In this document: positions 19,032-29,060 of the stretch, one piece after another
Layout: each line of letters starts with the position of its first letter
How positions within the stretch are numbered: the stretch's first letter is position 1
Origin: Geopsychrobacteraceae bacterium
GTDB lineage: Bacteria > Desulfobacterota > Desulfuromonadia > Desulfuromonadales > Geopsychrobacteraceae
Direction of reading: 5' to 3'
NCBI GenBank assembly: GCA_963676795.2
Contig: CAXXTB010000002.1
Coordinates: forward strand, 448,001-512,000
DNA length: 64,000 nucleotides
The notes under the pieces: model-generated
What the model was told of the DNA's origin: nothing
Databases searched by the model: none
Seen by the model: the letters and a program-made list of their open reading frames with translations, nothing else
Made by a program: the position numbers and the translations under genes

Positions 19032-19457
19032 TCAATGGCGGAGAACGGTATTTTTCAGTTGGATCTGGGCGTGAAGTGCCGGGAGCAATGCCGTGGTAAG
19101 GAGACAGGTCTGAATAGGCGCCGGATGAAAAGCGTTCTGGTCAAGCTGCAGTTGACGGAGGTTCTTTTGCGGACGTTGCACCTGCACCAGGGACAACAGT
19201 TCATTGAATGAGGCATGCAGTTGCGGTGCGCCTGCCTTGAGTTGCTGCGGACTGTTGTGATGGCAGGAGAGACTCCGGCTCTGCACAAAAGTCTGAGACG
19301 GGTGAGCTCTGAGATGACAGCAGTCAACTCTGATGCTTTGCTCGCCAGCAGGGGAGGAAAGTGTACAGGCGGAAGAGGCCGAGACACTGCTGATCAGGAT
19401 CAGCAGTCCGAGCAGGGCATTGATCAAAAACGCCAGTGAAAGGTGTCCGGTCTTCAC
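19032..19457 (-). CDS. Hypothetical protein with a hydrophobic N-terminus and Cys/His motifs
   Basis: 141-aa ORF, GAGG RBS before GTG, signal-like segment, CCH and CHH; co-oriented upstream of resB. Confidence 0.55.
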   Translation of the reverse strand: MKTGHLSLAFLINALLGLLILISSVSASSACTLSSPAGEQSIRVDCCHLRAHPSQTFVQSRSLSCHHNSPQQLKAGAPQLHASFNELLSLVQVQRPQKNLRQLQLDQNAFHPAPIQTCLLTTALLPALHAQIQLKNTVLRH

Positions 19458-19597
19458 GCCTCATCCTCGACTGAAGGAGTTCAGTAGCTTCGGAAGTATA
19501 GCTTGCCTGTGTCCATCAGGCAAGCTATTGCTTGAGGCGGATCTGACGCCGGGCAGTAGCGTCAGTTCCATTTGCCGAGGACGGCACTGGCTGTATC

Positions 19598-20470
19598 TCA
19601 GAGGCCGCTATCACGCAGTTGTTCAATCAGCTTCTGCTGTTCGGAATTCAGCTTCTGCGGAACGGCAACTTCGATGATTGCATAAAGATCTCCGCTATCG
19701 CTCTTGCCTGAGCCTTGAACTCCGAAACCGCGCAGGCGGATCTTCTGGCCCGGTTGCATCCCGGCCGGAACCTTGATCCGCTTTGGCGTGTCGAGGGTCG
19801 GTACCTCGATGCTGGTGCCCAGGCAGATGCCGCTGAAGGGGACTTCCACCCTGACGAACAGGTCTTTGCCTTCACGGCTAAAGACCGGGTCCGGATCTAT
19901 ATTGATCTGCAGGTAGAGGTCGCCTGGTTTTCCGCCTCCCGGATGGACTCCGCCTTTGCCGGGGACCCTCAGTTTGCTTCCCTGCTCAACCCCGGCCGGA
20001 ATACGGACCTTGATCTGTTCGACCCGGCCGTCGTTGCGATAGTCGATTCTGCGTTCTCCACCCAGGCTTGCCAAGCGCAGCGGGATGTTGATCTGCATGG
20101 AGTAGTCCTGCCCCTTGGCCGGCTGACGGTGCGCTGTCCTGCCTCGGGCTCCTCCGAAGAGCTGGCTGAACAGGTCTTCTCCGCCAAAACCTCCAAAGAT
20201 ATCGTTGATATTGACGTTGCGGAAGATGTCTTCCTGGCTGTAGCGCTGATGAAAACCGCTATCGCCGAACTGATCATATTGGCGTTTTTTGTCCGGATCT
20301 GAGAGAACCGCGTAAGCTTCTGTAATCTGTTTGAAGGTCTCTTCGGCCTGTTTGTCGCCGGGGTTTTTGTCGGGATGGTATTTCTGCGCCAGTTTACGAT
20401 AGGCTTTTTTGATTGTTGTCGCATCCGCCGAGCGTTCGACACCAAGGACGTTGTAGTAGTCTTTAGCCAT
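19598..20470 (-). CDS. Class B J-domain co-chaperone (CbpA/DnaJ-like, no zinc finger)
   Basis: J domain with YHPDKN, G/F-rich linker, DnaJ C-terminal domain, no CxxCxGxG repeats. Confidence 0.92.
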   Translation of the reverse strand: MAKDYYNVLGVERSADATTIKKAYRKLAQKYHPDKNPGDKQAEETFKQITEAYAVLSDPDKKRQYDQFGDSGFHQRYSQEDIFRNVNINDIFGGFGGEDLFSQLFGGARGRTAHRQPAKGQDYSMQINIPLRLASLGGERRIDYRNDGRVEQIKVRIPAGVEQGSKLRVPGKGGVHPGGGKPGDLYLQINIDPDPVFSREGKDLFVRVEVPFSGICLGTSIEVPTLDTPKRIKVPAGMQPGQKIRLRGFGVQGSGKSDSGDLYAIIEVAVPQKLNSEQQKLIEQLRDSGL

Positions 20471-20650
20471 TCTTCCTCTCTTCTGTTTTTCAAGTCTAAC
20501 CAGCCAATTATAGGTACGTTTTTTTTGATCGTCAAGTCAGGTGATAGAGTTCGCCAAAGAGAATAATCTTGAATTTATTTGCCTTTTTCTAATACTATGT
20601 ATTTCATTAATTAAAATGGTCTGGGGAAATGAAAATGCTAAGGAGGTTTT

Positions 20651-21076
20651 ATGTACAGCCGAAATGTTGAAGAGGGAATCAGGGCCGTTGAAGCGGGGGA
20701 CACTTTGCTCGGTCTTCATCACTTTGAACAGATTCCTCAAGCTGAGATGTCCGCACTTGAGCTGTCCTATTATGCCTACTGTCTCGCCTGCGAACACAAT
20801 GAGACCAGAAGGGCTCTCGATCTGGCCGGAGAAGCTTTGAACAGGGACCGAAATCATCCTCTGGTTTACCTGAATGTGGGGCGGATCTACCATATCTCAG
20901 GTGGCCGCCGTCAGGCGATCGACAATTTCCGCATGGGAATCAGGATTCAGCGCCACCCCCTGTTGCTCAGGCACCTGGAGAAAGTGGCTCCCCGCCGTTC
21001 TCTGCTACTGCCATTCTGCAGGCGCAGCAATCCGCTGAATGTTCTTGCCGGCAAGGTCATGGCAAAGTTTTTCTGA
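20651..21076 (+). CDS. Small TPR-like protein
   Basis: AGGAGG RBS; helical repeats (YLNVGRIY...AIDNFRMG). Confidence 0.75.
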   Translation: MYSRNVEEGIRAVEAGDTLLGLHHFEQIPQAEMSALELSYYAYCLACEHNETRRALDLAGEALNRDRNHPLVYLNVGRIYHISGGRRQAIDNFRMGIRIQRHPLLLRHLEKVAPRRSLLLPFCRRSNPLNVLAGKVMAKFF

Positions 21077-21142
21077 CAGAAACTCTGCTCTTCGGTTAGG
21101 ATTAGCCAGTGAGGAACCTGTTTTGCACTGGAGGTACTGGGA

Positions 21143-22540
21143 GTGAGCATGTTACGGATTGCAGTCGTCGGCGGAGGGATATCGGGGCTTGCCTGTGCCT
21201 ATGCCATAGAATCATTGGCGGCCCGCAGCAACAGGGCGGTTTCTGTCATACTGCTCGAGAAGGACGAGCGGCTCGGGGGAAAGATCTGGTCCCGGAGGGA
21301 AGAGGGGTATCTCTGCGAGTGGGGGCCGAACGGTTTTCTCGACAACAAGCCGATGACGCTCGATCTCTGTCGCCAGCTTGACATCGAGCAGCAGTTGTTG
21401 CCTTCAGATGACAATGCCAGAAAAAGATTTATCTACTCGGCCGGGCAACTGCACCGGCTGCCGGAAAATGGTCCGGCCTTTCTCAGGTCGCCACTGATCT
21501 CCTGGCCGGGCAAGCTGCGCCTTGCGGCTGAATTGTTTGTCCCGCAATATAACGGAGCAGGGGATGAGACCCTCGCCGAATTTGCCCGTCGCCGGCTTGG
21601 CTCTGAAGCGCTGGAAAAACTGATCGCGCCGATGGTCTCCGGGATCTTTGCCGGCGATCCTGAAACCATGAGCCTGAAAAGCTGTTTTCCGCGGATCCAT
21701 GAGCTTGAACGTGACTATGGCGGCTTGCTCAGGGCGATGCTGCGCCTGGCCCGGCAGAAAAAGCAGGAGCGCAAGGCAGGCAGGGCCGTTGCCAGCGCTG
21801 CCGGGCCGGGCGGCGTTCTGACCTCGTTTGCCGGCGGGATACAGGATCTGACCGATGCGCTTGGCTCTGCAATTTCAGGGCAGATCATGACCGGAAAAAC
21901 TGTTGCTTCGATTGGTCGGGCCAGCGGCGGCTATCGTCTGCAGTTCGAGGATGGCGGGGAGCTCGATGTCGAAAGGGTGGTCATTGCCACCCCCGCTTAT
22001 GCGACAGCGCGGATGCTTGAGCCCCTCAGCCCGAAAGCGGTCGAGATCCTTGACGCGATTCCCTACGCCCCGATGAATGTCGTCTGCTTTGGCTATCGAC
22101 AGGAGCAGATTGGTCATGATCTGGACGGCTTCGGCTACCTGATCCCGGGGGCGGAAGGCTGTTCGACTCTTGGGACACTCTGGGATTCAAGCATTTTTCC
22201 ACAGCGCGCACCGGCCGGTCAGGTTCTGCTGCGCTCGATGATGGGGGGCGCCACTAATCTCGCCGCAATAGGGGATGACGACGAGACTGTTGCGCGCAAA
22301 GTGAAAGCGGATCTGCGCCGGATTATGGGGATAGCGGCTGAACCCGATTTTGTCAGGGTCTTCCGTCATGCCAAGGCGATTCCTCAGTATATCAGAGGGC
22401 ACGCCGCTCAGGTCGAGCGGCTGGTTGCGGAAACCGACCGCTGGCCCGGCCTGGTGGTGACCGGTAACGCCTATTATGGCGTTGGCCTGAACGATTGCGT
22501 CAGGGCGTCAACGGCTGCGGCAGAACGGGTGCTTAAGTGA
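21143..22540 (+). CDS. hemG: HemY-type proto/coproporphyrinogen oxidase
   Basis: GGGISGL FAD motif, EWGPNGF, GIFAGDP, GFGYL and AIPQY motifs. Confidence 0.93.
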   Translation: MSMLRIAVVGGGISGLACAYAIESLAARSNRAVSVILLEKDERLGGKIWSRREEGYLCEWGPNGFLDNKPMTLDLCRQLDIEQQLLPSDDNARKRFIYSAGQLHRLPENGPAFLRSPLISWPGKLRLAAELFVPQYNGAGDETLAEFARRRLGSEALEKLIAPMVSGIFAGDPETMSLKSCFPRIHELERDYGGLLRAMLRLARQKKQERKAGRAVASAAGPGGVLTSFAGGIQDLTDALGSAISGQIMTGKTVASIGRASGGYRLQFEDGGELDVERVVIATPAYATARMLEPLSPKAVEILDAIPYAPMNVVCFGYRQEQIGHDLDGFGYLIPGAEGCSTLGTLWDSSIFPQRAPAGQVLLRSMMGGATNLAAIGDDDETVARKVKADLRRIMGIAAEPDFVRVFRHAKAIPQYIRGHAAQVERLVAETDRWPGLVVTGNAYYGVGLNDCVRASTAAAERVLK

Positions 22541-22553
22541 GCTGTCCTGTTGA

Positions 22554-24062
22554 TCAGGAGGACGTTGCCTCCTGGTCTTCTTCCAGGGCTGAATGACTGA
22601 GCGGGCTGTACGTCATGAAGCGTAGCCCGTGGTCTCTTGTGTTCTCGATGACGGAAACCGGGCCGTTTACCTCGCGTTTGAGCTCTTCGGTGGTTTCTCC
22701 CAGTGAGATGACGACCCCTTCCTGGATGATTTTCAGAGCATTGATTTTAGGGTTAGTGGTTGAGTGATCGCCGGTCTTGAAGGTGGCAAGCTCCTGTTCC
22801 ACCTCTTTCTTTTCCGTCTTCAGTTTCTCCAGGCGCTGGGTCAGGACTTCGATGCGCAGGTTGATCGCTTCAACCAGTGATTTGCGGTTTGAGTCGACCG
22901 GCTTTTTGGCGATCTCTTCCAGGGTGTGATCGATTTTTTCCAGCTGTTCCGTGGTTTTTCGCTGGCGGGTTCTCAGGTTGTTGAGATGATCGGTTTCGGG
23001 AAAGTAGACACCCGAGGTCAGATAGGTCCTTACCCCGGTAATATTGCCGAGAACCTTGGCTTCAATCCCTTCGAGGGCGATCGTTTCGCCGCCGGTAATG
23101 ACCCCCTGACTGGCGTTGACCTTGCCGGTTGCCTTGATGATGGAATTGCGCGCTTCCTGAAGGATGATGACATCGCCTAAACATTCAACGGTGGCCTGGT
23201 TGAGATAGCGTGCGGTGAAGCCGCCATTGCAGGTGACCTTGCCGCCCCCTTTGCCGGCCATGGTGCCGATGCTGACCGGCCCATCTGACGATATCTGGCA
23301 CTTGCCGACCGCCCCGTTGATATTGATTCCCTTCTTGGCCGAAACGTTGAAATCGTCGAGGACATCGCCGGTGATAGAGACAAAGCCGTTGAAGCTGATG
23401 TGGCCGATGCTCATATCGATGTCGCTGCTGATCAGCAGTTCTTCGACAACATTGATCGCGGTCCGTTCGAGGATGACGCGTCCCTCCTGGGTCGCGACGA
23501 TCTGGGAACCATCCTCATTCAGCTCGGTCCCTTTTCCCGGGGTGACCGGACTGGGCTTGCCATGAACTGCGTGAATCGTTTTCCCACTGACTGTCTTGCC
23601 GTCGTTGCCCAGGGTGGGCGGATGAATAATGCCGATCGGTTGATGGAGTGTGACATTGGAGAAGCTCTGGACGTTTTTGAAATCAACAATCCGCCCCTTT
23701 TCGTCTTCCTCCAGGGTACACTGCTGGGGGCCGGTCTGAACCAGCAGTTCAAACCAGCCATCCCGGCCATGGGTCGAAGGGGTTCCGGCTGCAACCAGAG
23801 TATTTTCAGGGTTCTCGCCCTGGGCTGCTTCGGTACAGAAGATAGCGATGTTCTCTAGGTTGATCGTGTCGGTAATCTGGTGATTTTGGAGAATGGAAAT
23901 CAGTTCTGCGGGTGAAATACTGTTGTCCAGATCGTGAACCACGATCGAGGCATAGCATTCAAGTTCACTGCCTATGACCTCAAGTTTCAGACTGTAGGCG
24001 TCGTTGATATAATCACCGATCGTTTTCCGGCCGACATCAACCCGTGATGAGCGATTCGTCAT
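22554..24062 (-). CDS. DUF342 / FapA family protein
   Basis: G-x-P-x-HGRDG, GHISFNG beta-helix repeats and a C-terminal coiled coil. Confidence 0.8.
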   Translation of the reverse strand: MTNRSSRVDVGRKTIGDYINDAYSLKLEVIGSELECYASIVVHDLDNSISPAELISILQNHQITDTINLENIAIFCTEAAQGENPENTLVAAGTPSTHGRDGWFELLVQTGPQQCTLEEDEKGRIVDFKNVQSFSNVTLHQPIGIIHPPTLGNDGKTVSGKTIHAVHGKPSPVTPGKGTELNEDGSQIVATQEGRVILERTAINVVEELLISSDIDMSIGHISFNGFVSITGDVLDDFNVSAKKGININGAVGKCQISSDGPVSIGTMAGKGGGKVTCNGGFTARYLNQATVECLGDVIILQEARNSIIKATGKVNASQGVITGGETIALEGIEAKVLGNITGVRTYLTSGVYFPETDHLNNLRTRQRKTTEQLEKIDHTLEEIAKKPVDSNRKSLVEAINLRIEVLTQRLEKLKTEKKEVEQELATFKTGDHSTTNPKINALKIIQEGVVISLGETTEELKREVNGPVSVIENTRDHGLRFMTYSPLSHSALEEDQEATSS

Positions 24063-24322
24063 AGAGGAACCAATGAGTTAGAGTGAAATACTAAGGAATT
24101 ACCCTATAAGCTTTATCACAGGTTATGCTGAAGATCAAACATGTTTAACTTGCTATAATAATTTAGATTTAATTTTATGGAGGGGAACCGTCTCACCAGG
24201 TGCATGGAATTGTTCGTCTCGTTGCTAAATCCCCCAGATTGAATTGTCACATTTCGTGGCAGTCTGACTGGCGCGCTGTTTCAGATCGGTCGTTTCGCTA
24301 ATCTTGTGGGGGTGGAGACAAA

Positions 24323-24355
24323 ACTTCGGGAAGGGAGAAACTCCCTTCCCGAAGT
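24323..24355 (-). terminator. Perfect 15-bp hairpin, likely terminator of the usp gene
   Basis: ACTTCGGGAAGGGAG-AAA-CTCCCTTCCCGAAGT with a short U-tract on the minus strand. Confidence 0.75.
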
Positions 24356-24362
24356 CCTGCTG

Positions 24363-24851
24363 TCAGGCTTTCAGAGGTATGACAAAAACAGGAACTTTCG
24401 CTTTGCGCAGGACTTTTTCAGCAACGCTGCCGATAAAGGCGTGCTCAATGATTCCGCGGCCGTGAGTACCCATGACGATAACATCGGCACCCGCTTCCGT
24501 TGCAGCATCAAGGATTTCGATGTCCGGTGTTCCGTAGGCCACTTTGGTTTTGCCAAGGCGCTTCATGTCTTCCGGGAATTTGGCGAGTTCGGTCTTGGCG
24601 AAATCATCCAGCTCTTTCTTCAATTGTTCCTGCTGATCTTTGAATTTAGATTTTTCCAAGTCTGCGATCAGGTCTTTACCGAGATGGCCGGCGACCATCA
24701 GTCTGAAGTGGGCATCCATCGGAGGCATGACATGCAGCAGCATGATTTCAGCATTGTTCAGGCGGGCCAGCATGACGGCGTGTTTGAATGCCAGGTTGGA
24801 GTTTTCCGAAAAATCTGTCGCGACAAGGATTTTCTTGTAAAGGGGTAACAT
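24363..24851 (-). CDS. Universal stress protein
   Basis: KILVATDFS and VMGTHGRG...IGSVAEKVLR. Confidence 0.95.
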   Translation of the reverse strand: MLPLYKKILVATDFSENSNLAFKHAVMLARLNNAEIMLLHVMPPMDAHFRLMVAGHLGKDLIADLEKSKFKDQQEQLKKELDDFAKTELAKFPEDMKRLGKTKVAYGTPDIEILDAATEAGADVIVMGTHGRGIIEHAFIGSVAEKVLRKAKVPVFVIPLKA

Positions 24852-25184
24852 GATGACACCTCCAAGGAAAGGGTTTGAACGCTACACGAGAAAACCTCCT
24901 CGTCTTCACTGCAATTATATCGCAGAGTTTGCCATTTGCTTGATTTTGCGGCATATATTTATTGTTTTATGCGATTCAGTGTTGCTTTAATTGTATTTGC
25001 GCCCCTTACTGATAGATTTTTTCCTGCCGTGTTCATGGGCGAATCTTCAGTTTTTTCTGGGTCGTTTATTGATTTTTTCGCTGGATAGGCTGCGCAGTTC
25101 AGCGCTTGACGCAGCTGGGCGGGCTGGTTATGCTCCGGTCATTGTGTGTACCGGATGCCCGGCTATTCACTGTCAGCTGAAGGA

Positions 25185-25487
25185 ATGAACATGTCTGAGT
25201 TGAGAGAACAATTTAAGACCGACCTTGCGGATGTCTGCTGGAAAGATCTGCGTATCCATATGCAGCGTGATGCTATTATCACTGTCGCCGGTGAGCTGGA
25301 TCTGATCGATGTCGCCGTTGCGGTAGCCAGGGACGAAAAAGAGCGGGTCGGGCCATGGATAGAGGGGGGGCAGTTGAGCAAGCCGGGCCGAGAACAGCTG
25401 GACTGCTGGGAGGCGGAACTGGACAAGGGGTTCCGCATGCTGATTGTCCAGCCATTTATTCTGATCCAGGAAATTATCCATGCCTGA
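25185..25487 (+). CDS. DUF2288 family protein
   Basis: W-x-DL-x2-H...LDLIDVAVAVARD...IVQPFILIQ pattern. Confidence 0.8.
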   Translation: MNMSELREQFKTDLADVCWKDLRIHMQRDAIITVAGELDLIDVAVAVARDEKERVGPWIEGGQLSKPGREQLDCWEAELDKGFRMLIVQPFILIQEIIHA

Positions 25488-26151
25488 GAACTTTGTCGCG
25501 AGCCTTCAGGGCTATCGTTCTGCCGCTGTCTTCAACCCCTGGGGCGAAACCGATCCGCAGCACGATCACGATGCCAGTGGACCAGCGGTCCGCAGCCGGC
25601 AATTGAGTTGGTACCTCAAGGAACGGATCGGCAGGGCCGATACCCTGCTCTGTGCCGAAGCCATAGGTTATCAGGGCGGTCATTTCAGCGGTATTCCGAT
25701 GACCTCGGAGCGCCTGCTGCTCGGGGGGCTGGAGCATAAGTCGATTAAGGCGCAGATGGTCTTCCGCAACGAACCGCAACGAACCAGCGCCCCCTGTCAT
25801 CGGCCGCAGGGGTTCACCGAACCAACCGCGACGATTGTCTGGGGCTTTCTGGCCGATAAAGGGATTGATCCCAGACGGGTTGTGCTCTGGAATGCGTTCC
25901 CCTGGCACCCCTATTATGTTGCCAGAGGGCTGCTCAGTAACAGAACCCCCAGTGATGAAGAGCTTGCCGCCGGTCACCGGGTGCTGAGGCAGATGCTTGA
26001 GCTTGGCAATTTCCGTCAGGTTGTCGCTATCGGCGAAAAGTCATTCGCGCAACTTGAGCAGCTGGGCATTGCTTCGACCAAGGTCCGCCATCCGGCCAAC
26101 GGAGGTGCCGGTCTGTTTCGGCAACAGATGAGCGAATTGCTGACGGATTGA
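25480..26151 (+). CDS. Uracil-DNA glycosylase superfamily protein
   Basis: AEAIGYQGGHFSGIPMTSE motif A, WNAFPWHP, and RHPANGG motif B. Confidence 0.8.
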   Translation: MPENFVASLQGYRSAAVFNPWGETDPQHDHDASGPAVRSRQLSWYLKERIGRADTLLCAEAIGYQGGHFSGIPMTSERLLLGGLEHKSIKAQMVFRNEPQRTSAPCHRPQGFTEPTATIVWGFLADKGIDPRRVVLWNAFPWHPYYVARGLLSNRTPSDEELAAGHRVLRQMLELGNFRQVVAIGEKSFAQLEQLGIASTKVRHPANGGAGLFRQQMSELLTD

Positions 26152-26205
26152 TATGCTCTGCGACGAATGGGGCTATAGCGGCGCAGCGGAGGAAGGGGAT
26201 ATGCG

Positions 26206-27882
26206 ATGTCGAGTGCCATCCTGAAGCAGCAGATCGGGCGCTTTCTTGCCACCGAGGCCCCGGAAATCATGTCGATCAAGGGGGCCTGGGGGGTCGGTAA
26301 AACCTATGCCTGGAACCGCTACCTGGAGAGTGCCAAAAAGCAGAACCGTATCGCCCTGGAGAAGTATTCCTACGTCTCGCTGTTCGGGATCAATTCGCTC
26401 GCCGAACTGAAGTTCGCCATCTTTGAAAACATGATCGAGCGGCGCGCCATCGGTAGTTTGCCGACGGTCGACAGCTTCAGGAATAACAGCTACGATCTGT
26501 TCAGGTCTTTCGGTAAAAAATCGCTGTCTTTCATTCCCGGGGGCGGGGCCCTGGAAAACAATCCTTTCATGCTCAATTCCCTCGCCTTTCTGGCGCTGGA
26601 AAAGACCCTGATCTGCATCGATGATTTTGAACGCAAAGGCTGCGGTATCGCTGCCCAGGATATCCTCGGGCTGATGCTGCAGCTCAAGGAACAGAAGAAC
26701 TGCAAGATCGTTCTGATTCTCAATGACGGCAACCTTGCCGACGATTCGCTTGCCGATTATCACCGGCTGCGCGAAAAGGTGATCGATACCGAGGTCGGTT
26801 TTATTCCGACCACCGAAGAGTGCGTCGAGATTGCTCTGCACCGCGACAAGATCGGCAAGCTGTTGTGCGGCTACATCCTCAAGCTGGATATCTGTAACAT
26901 CCGGATCATCAACAAGATTGAAAAACTGGCACGGATTCTGGCCGCTCATCTGCAGTCTTTCGACGAGCAGGTCCTGGTCAGAGGGCTGCAGACCCTGACG
27001 CTGTTCACCTGGTGTTATTACAGCCAGGCCGGCGACGCCCCCGACTACCAGTTTGTCTTAAGCCGGACCAGCGCCTTCAGTGATATGGAGGAGAATCAGC
27101 AGCAGACCACGCAGCAGCATCGCTGGAGTGCCCTGCTGCGTGAATATGACAACTATTCGGTCGGGGATTTCGATCTGCAGATCGCCCATCTGGTTGAAAA
27201 CGGCCATGTGGTTGAAAAGGAACTGCACAGCGAGGCGACCCTCTGGAACGAGCAATACCAGCTGTCGAAAACCCACCTGTCCTTTCAGGATGCCTGGGCG
27301 ATGTTCAACGAGTCGTTCGATGACAATGCCCAGGAGGTCATCGAGAGCCTGTCGGGCAGTTTCAGTACCCAGGCCAGGCATATCAGCCCGGTCAACCTGG
27401 ACGGTGCGGTGCGGCTGCTGCGCTTTCTCGATAAATCGAGCCTGGCGAGCAAGATCATCGATACCTACATCCGCAAACGCGAGCGGGAGGTGGAGCTGTT
27501 CAATCTCGCCAACTACGCTCCGGGGGAGCTGCGTGACCGTGAAGTGATCCGCAAGTTCAAAGCGACGCTGGAAAAGGTCCGCTCGCAGCAGAGTCTGGCG
27601 GAACTCTGCGATATTCTGCTGGCAGGCGGGCAGGATGTCGAGCAGGAGGAGCTGTTACTGGCTGAAGCCGAGGTTGCCGATTACGTCGCTTTGTTCAAAC
27701 AGCAGCGCGGCACCAGACTGTCGCAGTACATCGACCTGTGCCTTAAGTATAATCACCTGTCCGGAACCAGCGACCAGCAGAAGACCATCGCCGACAAGGC
27801 CACGGCAGCGTTGCAGCAGATAGCCCGCGAGAGCAAACTGAACGCCAGCCGGGTCAGACGTTTTGGGGTCAGACCCGACTGA
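26206..27882 (+). CDS. KAP-family-like P-loop NTPase
   Basis: Walker A GAWGVGKT, YVSLFG, Walker B ICIDDFER, EKVID and NIR motifs. Confidence 0.8.
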   Translation: MSSAILKQQIGRFLATEAPEIMSIKGAWGVGKTYAWNRYLESAKKQNRIALEKYSYVSLFGINSLAELKFAIFENMIERRAIGSLPTVDSFRNNSYDLFRSFGKKSLSFIPGGGALENNPFMLNSLAFLALEKTLICIDDFERKGCGIAAQDILGLMLQLKEQKNCKIVLILNDGNLADDSLADYHRLREKVIDTEVGFIPTTEECVEIALHRDKIGKLLCGYILKLDICNIRIINKIEKLARILAAHLQSFDEQVLVRGLQTLTLFTWCYYSQAGDAPDYQFVLSRTSAFSDMEENQQQTTQQHRWSALLREYDNYSVGDFDLQIAHLVENGHVVEKELHSEATLWNEQYQLSKTHLSFQDAWAMFNESFDDNAQEVIESLSGSFSTQARHISPVNLDGAVRLLRFLDKSSLASKIIDTYIRKREREVELFNLANYAPGELRDREVIRKFKATLEKVRSQQSLAELCDILLAGGQDVEQEELLLAEAEVADYVALFKQQRGTRLSQYIDLCLKYNHLSGTSDQQKTIADKATAALQQIARESKLNASRVRRFGVRPD

Positions 27883-27941
27883 TTTCAGGCGGTAACGCTC
27901 GGGATCTGACTGTCACAGCGGAGATCGCCGCGGAGGCGGCG

Positions 27942-28445
27942 TCAGTGCTTGCGCCGGAACAGGTCGGTCTTGAGACTGGACACCCGGTCGAGGAACAGGT
28001 AGCCGTCGAGGTGGTCGAGCTCATGCTGAATGGCGATCGCTTCAAACCCTTCGGCGTGAATGACCCGTTGCTGCTGGTTCTCATCGGTGAACTGGACAAC
28101 GATAGTCTCCGCCCGGGTTACATTTCCGGTATAATCGGGAACCGACATGCAGCCTTCGCGGACGATCTGACTGCCGCTGCGTTCGAGAATCGCCGGATTG
28201 ATCATCTGCATCAGGCCGTGATTCTTCTGCTTCTTGCCCAGCTTGCTCTTCGACACATCGACAACGACAGCGCGGCGCGAGTCGCCGATCTGCGGTGCGG
28301 CAACGCCGACCGAGTGGCCGGCAGCGACCATGGTATCGACCAGATCGCTCAGTAGTTTGGCAACGCTGTCATCAAAGGCGCCTATCTCGGTGCAGACAAC
28401 CTTGAGGTGTGGATCGGGGTAAACGAGTACGTCTTTGACGGCCAT
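27942..28445 (-). CDS. def: Peptide deformylase
   Basis: VGVAAPQIG, EGCMS and QHELDHLDG motifs. Confidence 0.95.
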   Translation of the reverse strand: MAVKDVLVYPDPHLKVVCTEIGAFDDSVAKLLSDLVDTMVAAGHSVGVAAPQIGDSRRAVVVDVSKSKLGKKQKNHGLMQMINPAILERSGSQIVREGCMSVPDYTGNVTRAETIVVQFTDENQQQRVIHAEGFEAIAIQHELDHLDGYLFLDRVSSLKTDLFRRKH

Positions 28446-28450
28446 GATCT

Positions 28451-28990
28451 TTACAGCTCCACCGCAGCCAGGGAGCGGACGCTGATATCGACCTGCAGCT
28501 GCTGTTTGAGCTGCGCCATCCAGCCCTCGACCTCTTCAATTTCGGTTCCTTCAGGAAGCAGCGCTTCGAGCATCATGACATAGACCGGTTTGTCCGGATG
28601 ACCGACCAGCTTGGTGTTGAGATCGGTGATATTGATATTGCGATCGCCGAGAACCCTGGCAACCTGATTGACAATCCCCGGTTTGTCCGAACCATAGACG
28701 GAGATCATGCACAGTTCCCCCTTAAGTTCCGGTCTGATCTCGCCGCCCGGCTTGAGGGTGCGGATAAACACCGACAGGTTGTTCTCTTCCAGCGGGGCAA
28801 AGGCCCCGGAAAAGTCATCAGCGCTGGTTTTATCACTGTGGGAGATGATCAGGATCATCGAAAACTGGCCACAGAGGATCGAGCAGCTTGAATCGGCGAT
28901 GTTGAATCCCTGTTGATAGAGGATGTCCGTCACCTGGGAAACAATACCGGGGCGGTCCCGGCCGATAATTGTGAGTGCGAAGTAAGCCAT
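28451..28990 (-). CDS. Tandem ACT-domain protein (GcvR-like)
   Basis: Two ACT repeats (GRDRPGIV, GSDKPGIV). Confidence 0.88.
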   Translation of the reverse strand: MAYFALTIIGRDRPGIVSQVTDILYQQGFNIADSSCSILCGQFSMILIISHSDKTSADDFSGAFAPLEENNLSVFIRTLKPGGEIRPELKGELCMISVYGSDKPGIVNQVARVLGDRNINITDLNTKLVGHPDKPVYVMMLEALLPEGTEIEEVEGWMAQLKQQLQVDISVRSLAAVEL

Positions 28991-29060
28991 GATCTCTCCT
29001 TGCAGAAGTTAGGCTCTGAATTAACGGGCTTATGTTAGAGGATGATGACCGGACTGACAA

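Noticed and set aside
24063..24320. Long intergenic regions checked for riboswitches or tRNAs (also 45712-46005 and 56638-56809)
   Set aside because: No recognisable c-di-GMP, cobalamin, SAM or other aptamer consensus, nor a tRNA cloverleaf, by eye; an Rfam scan is needed to exclude them.
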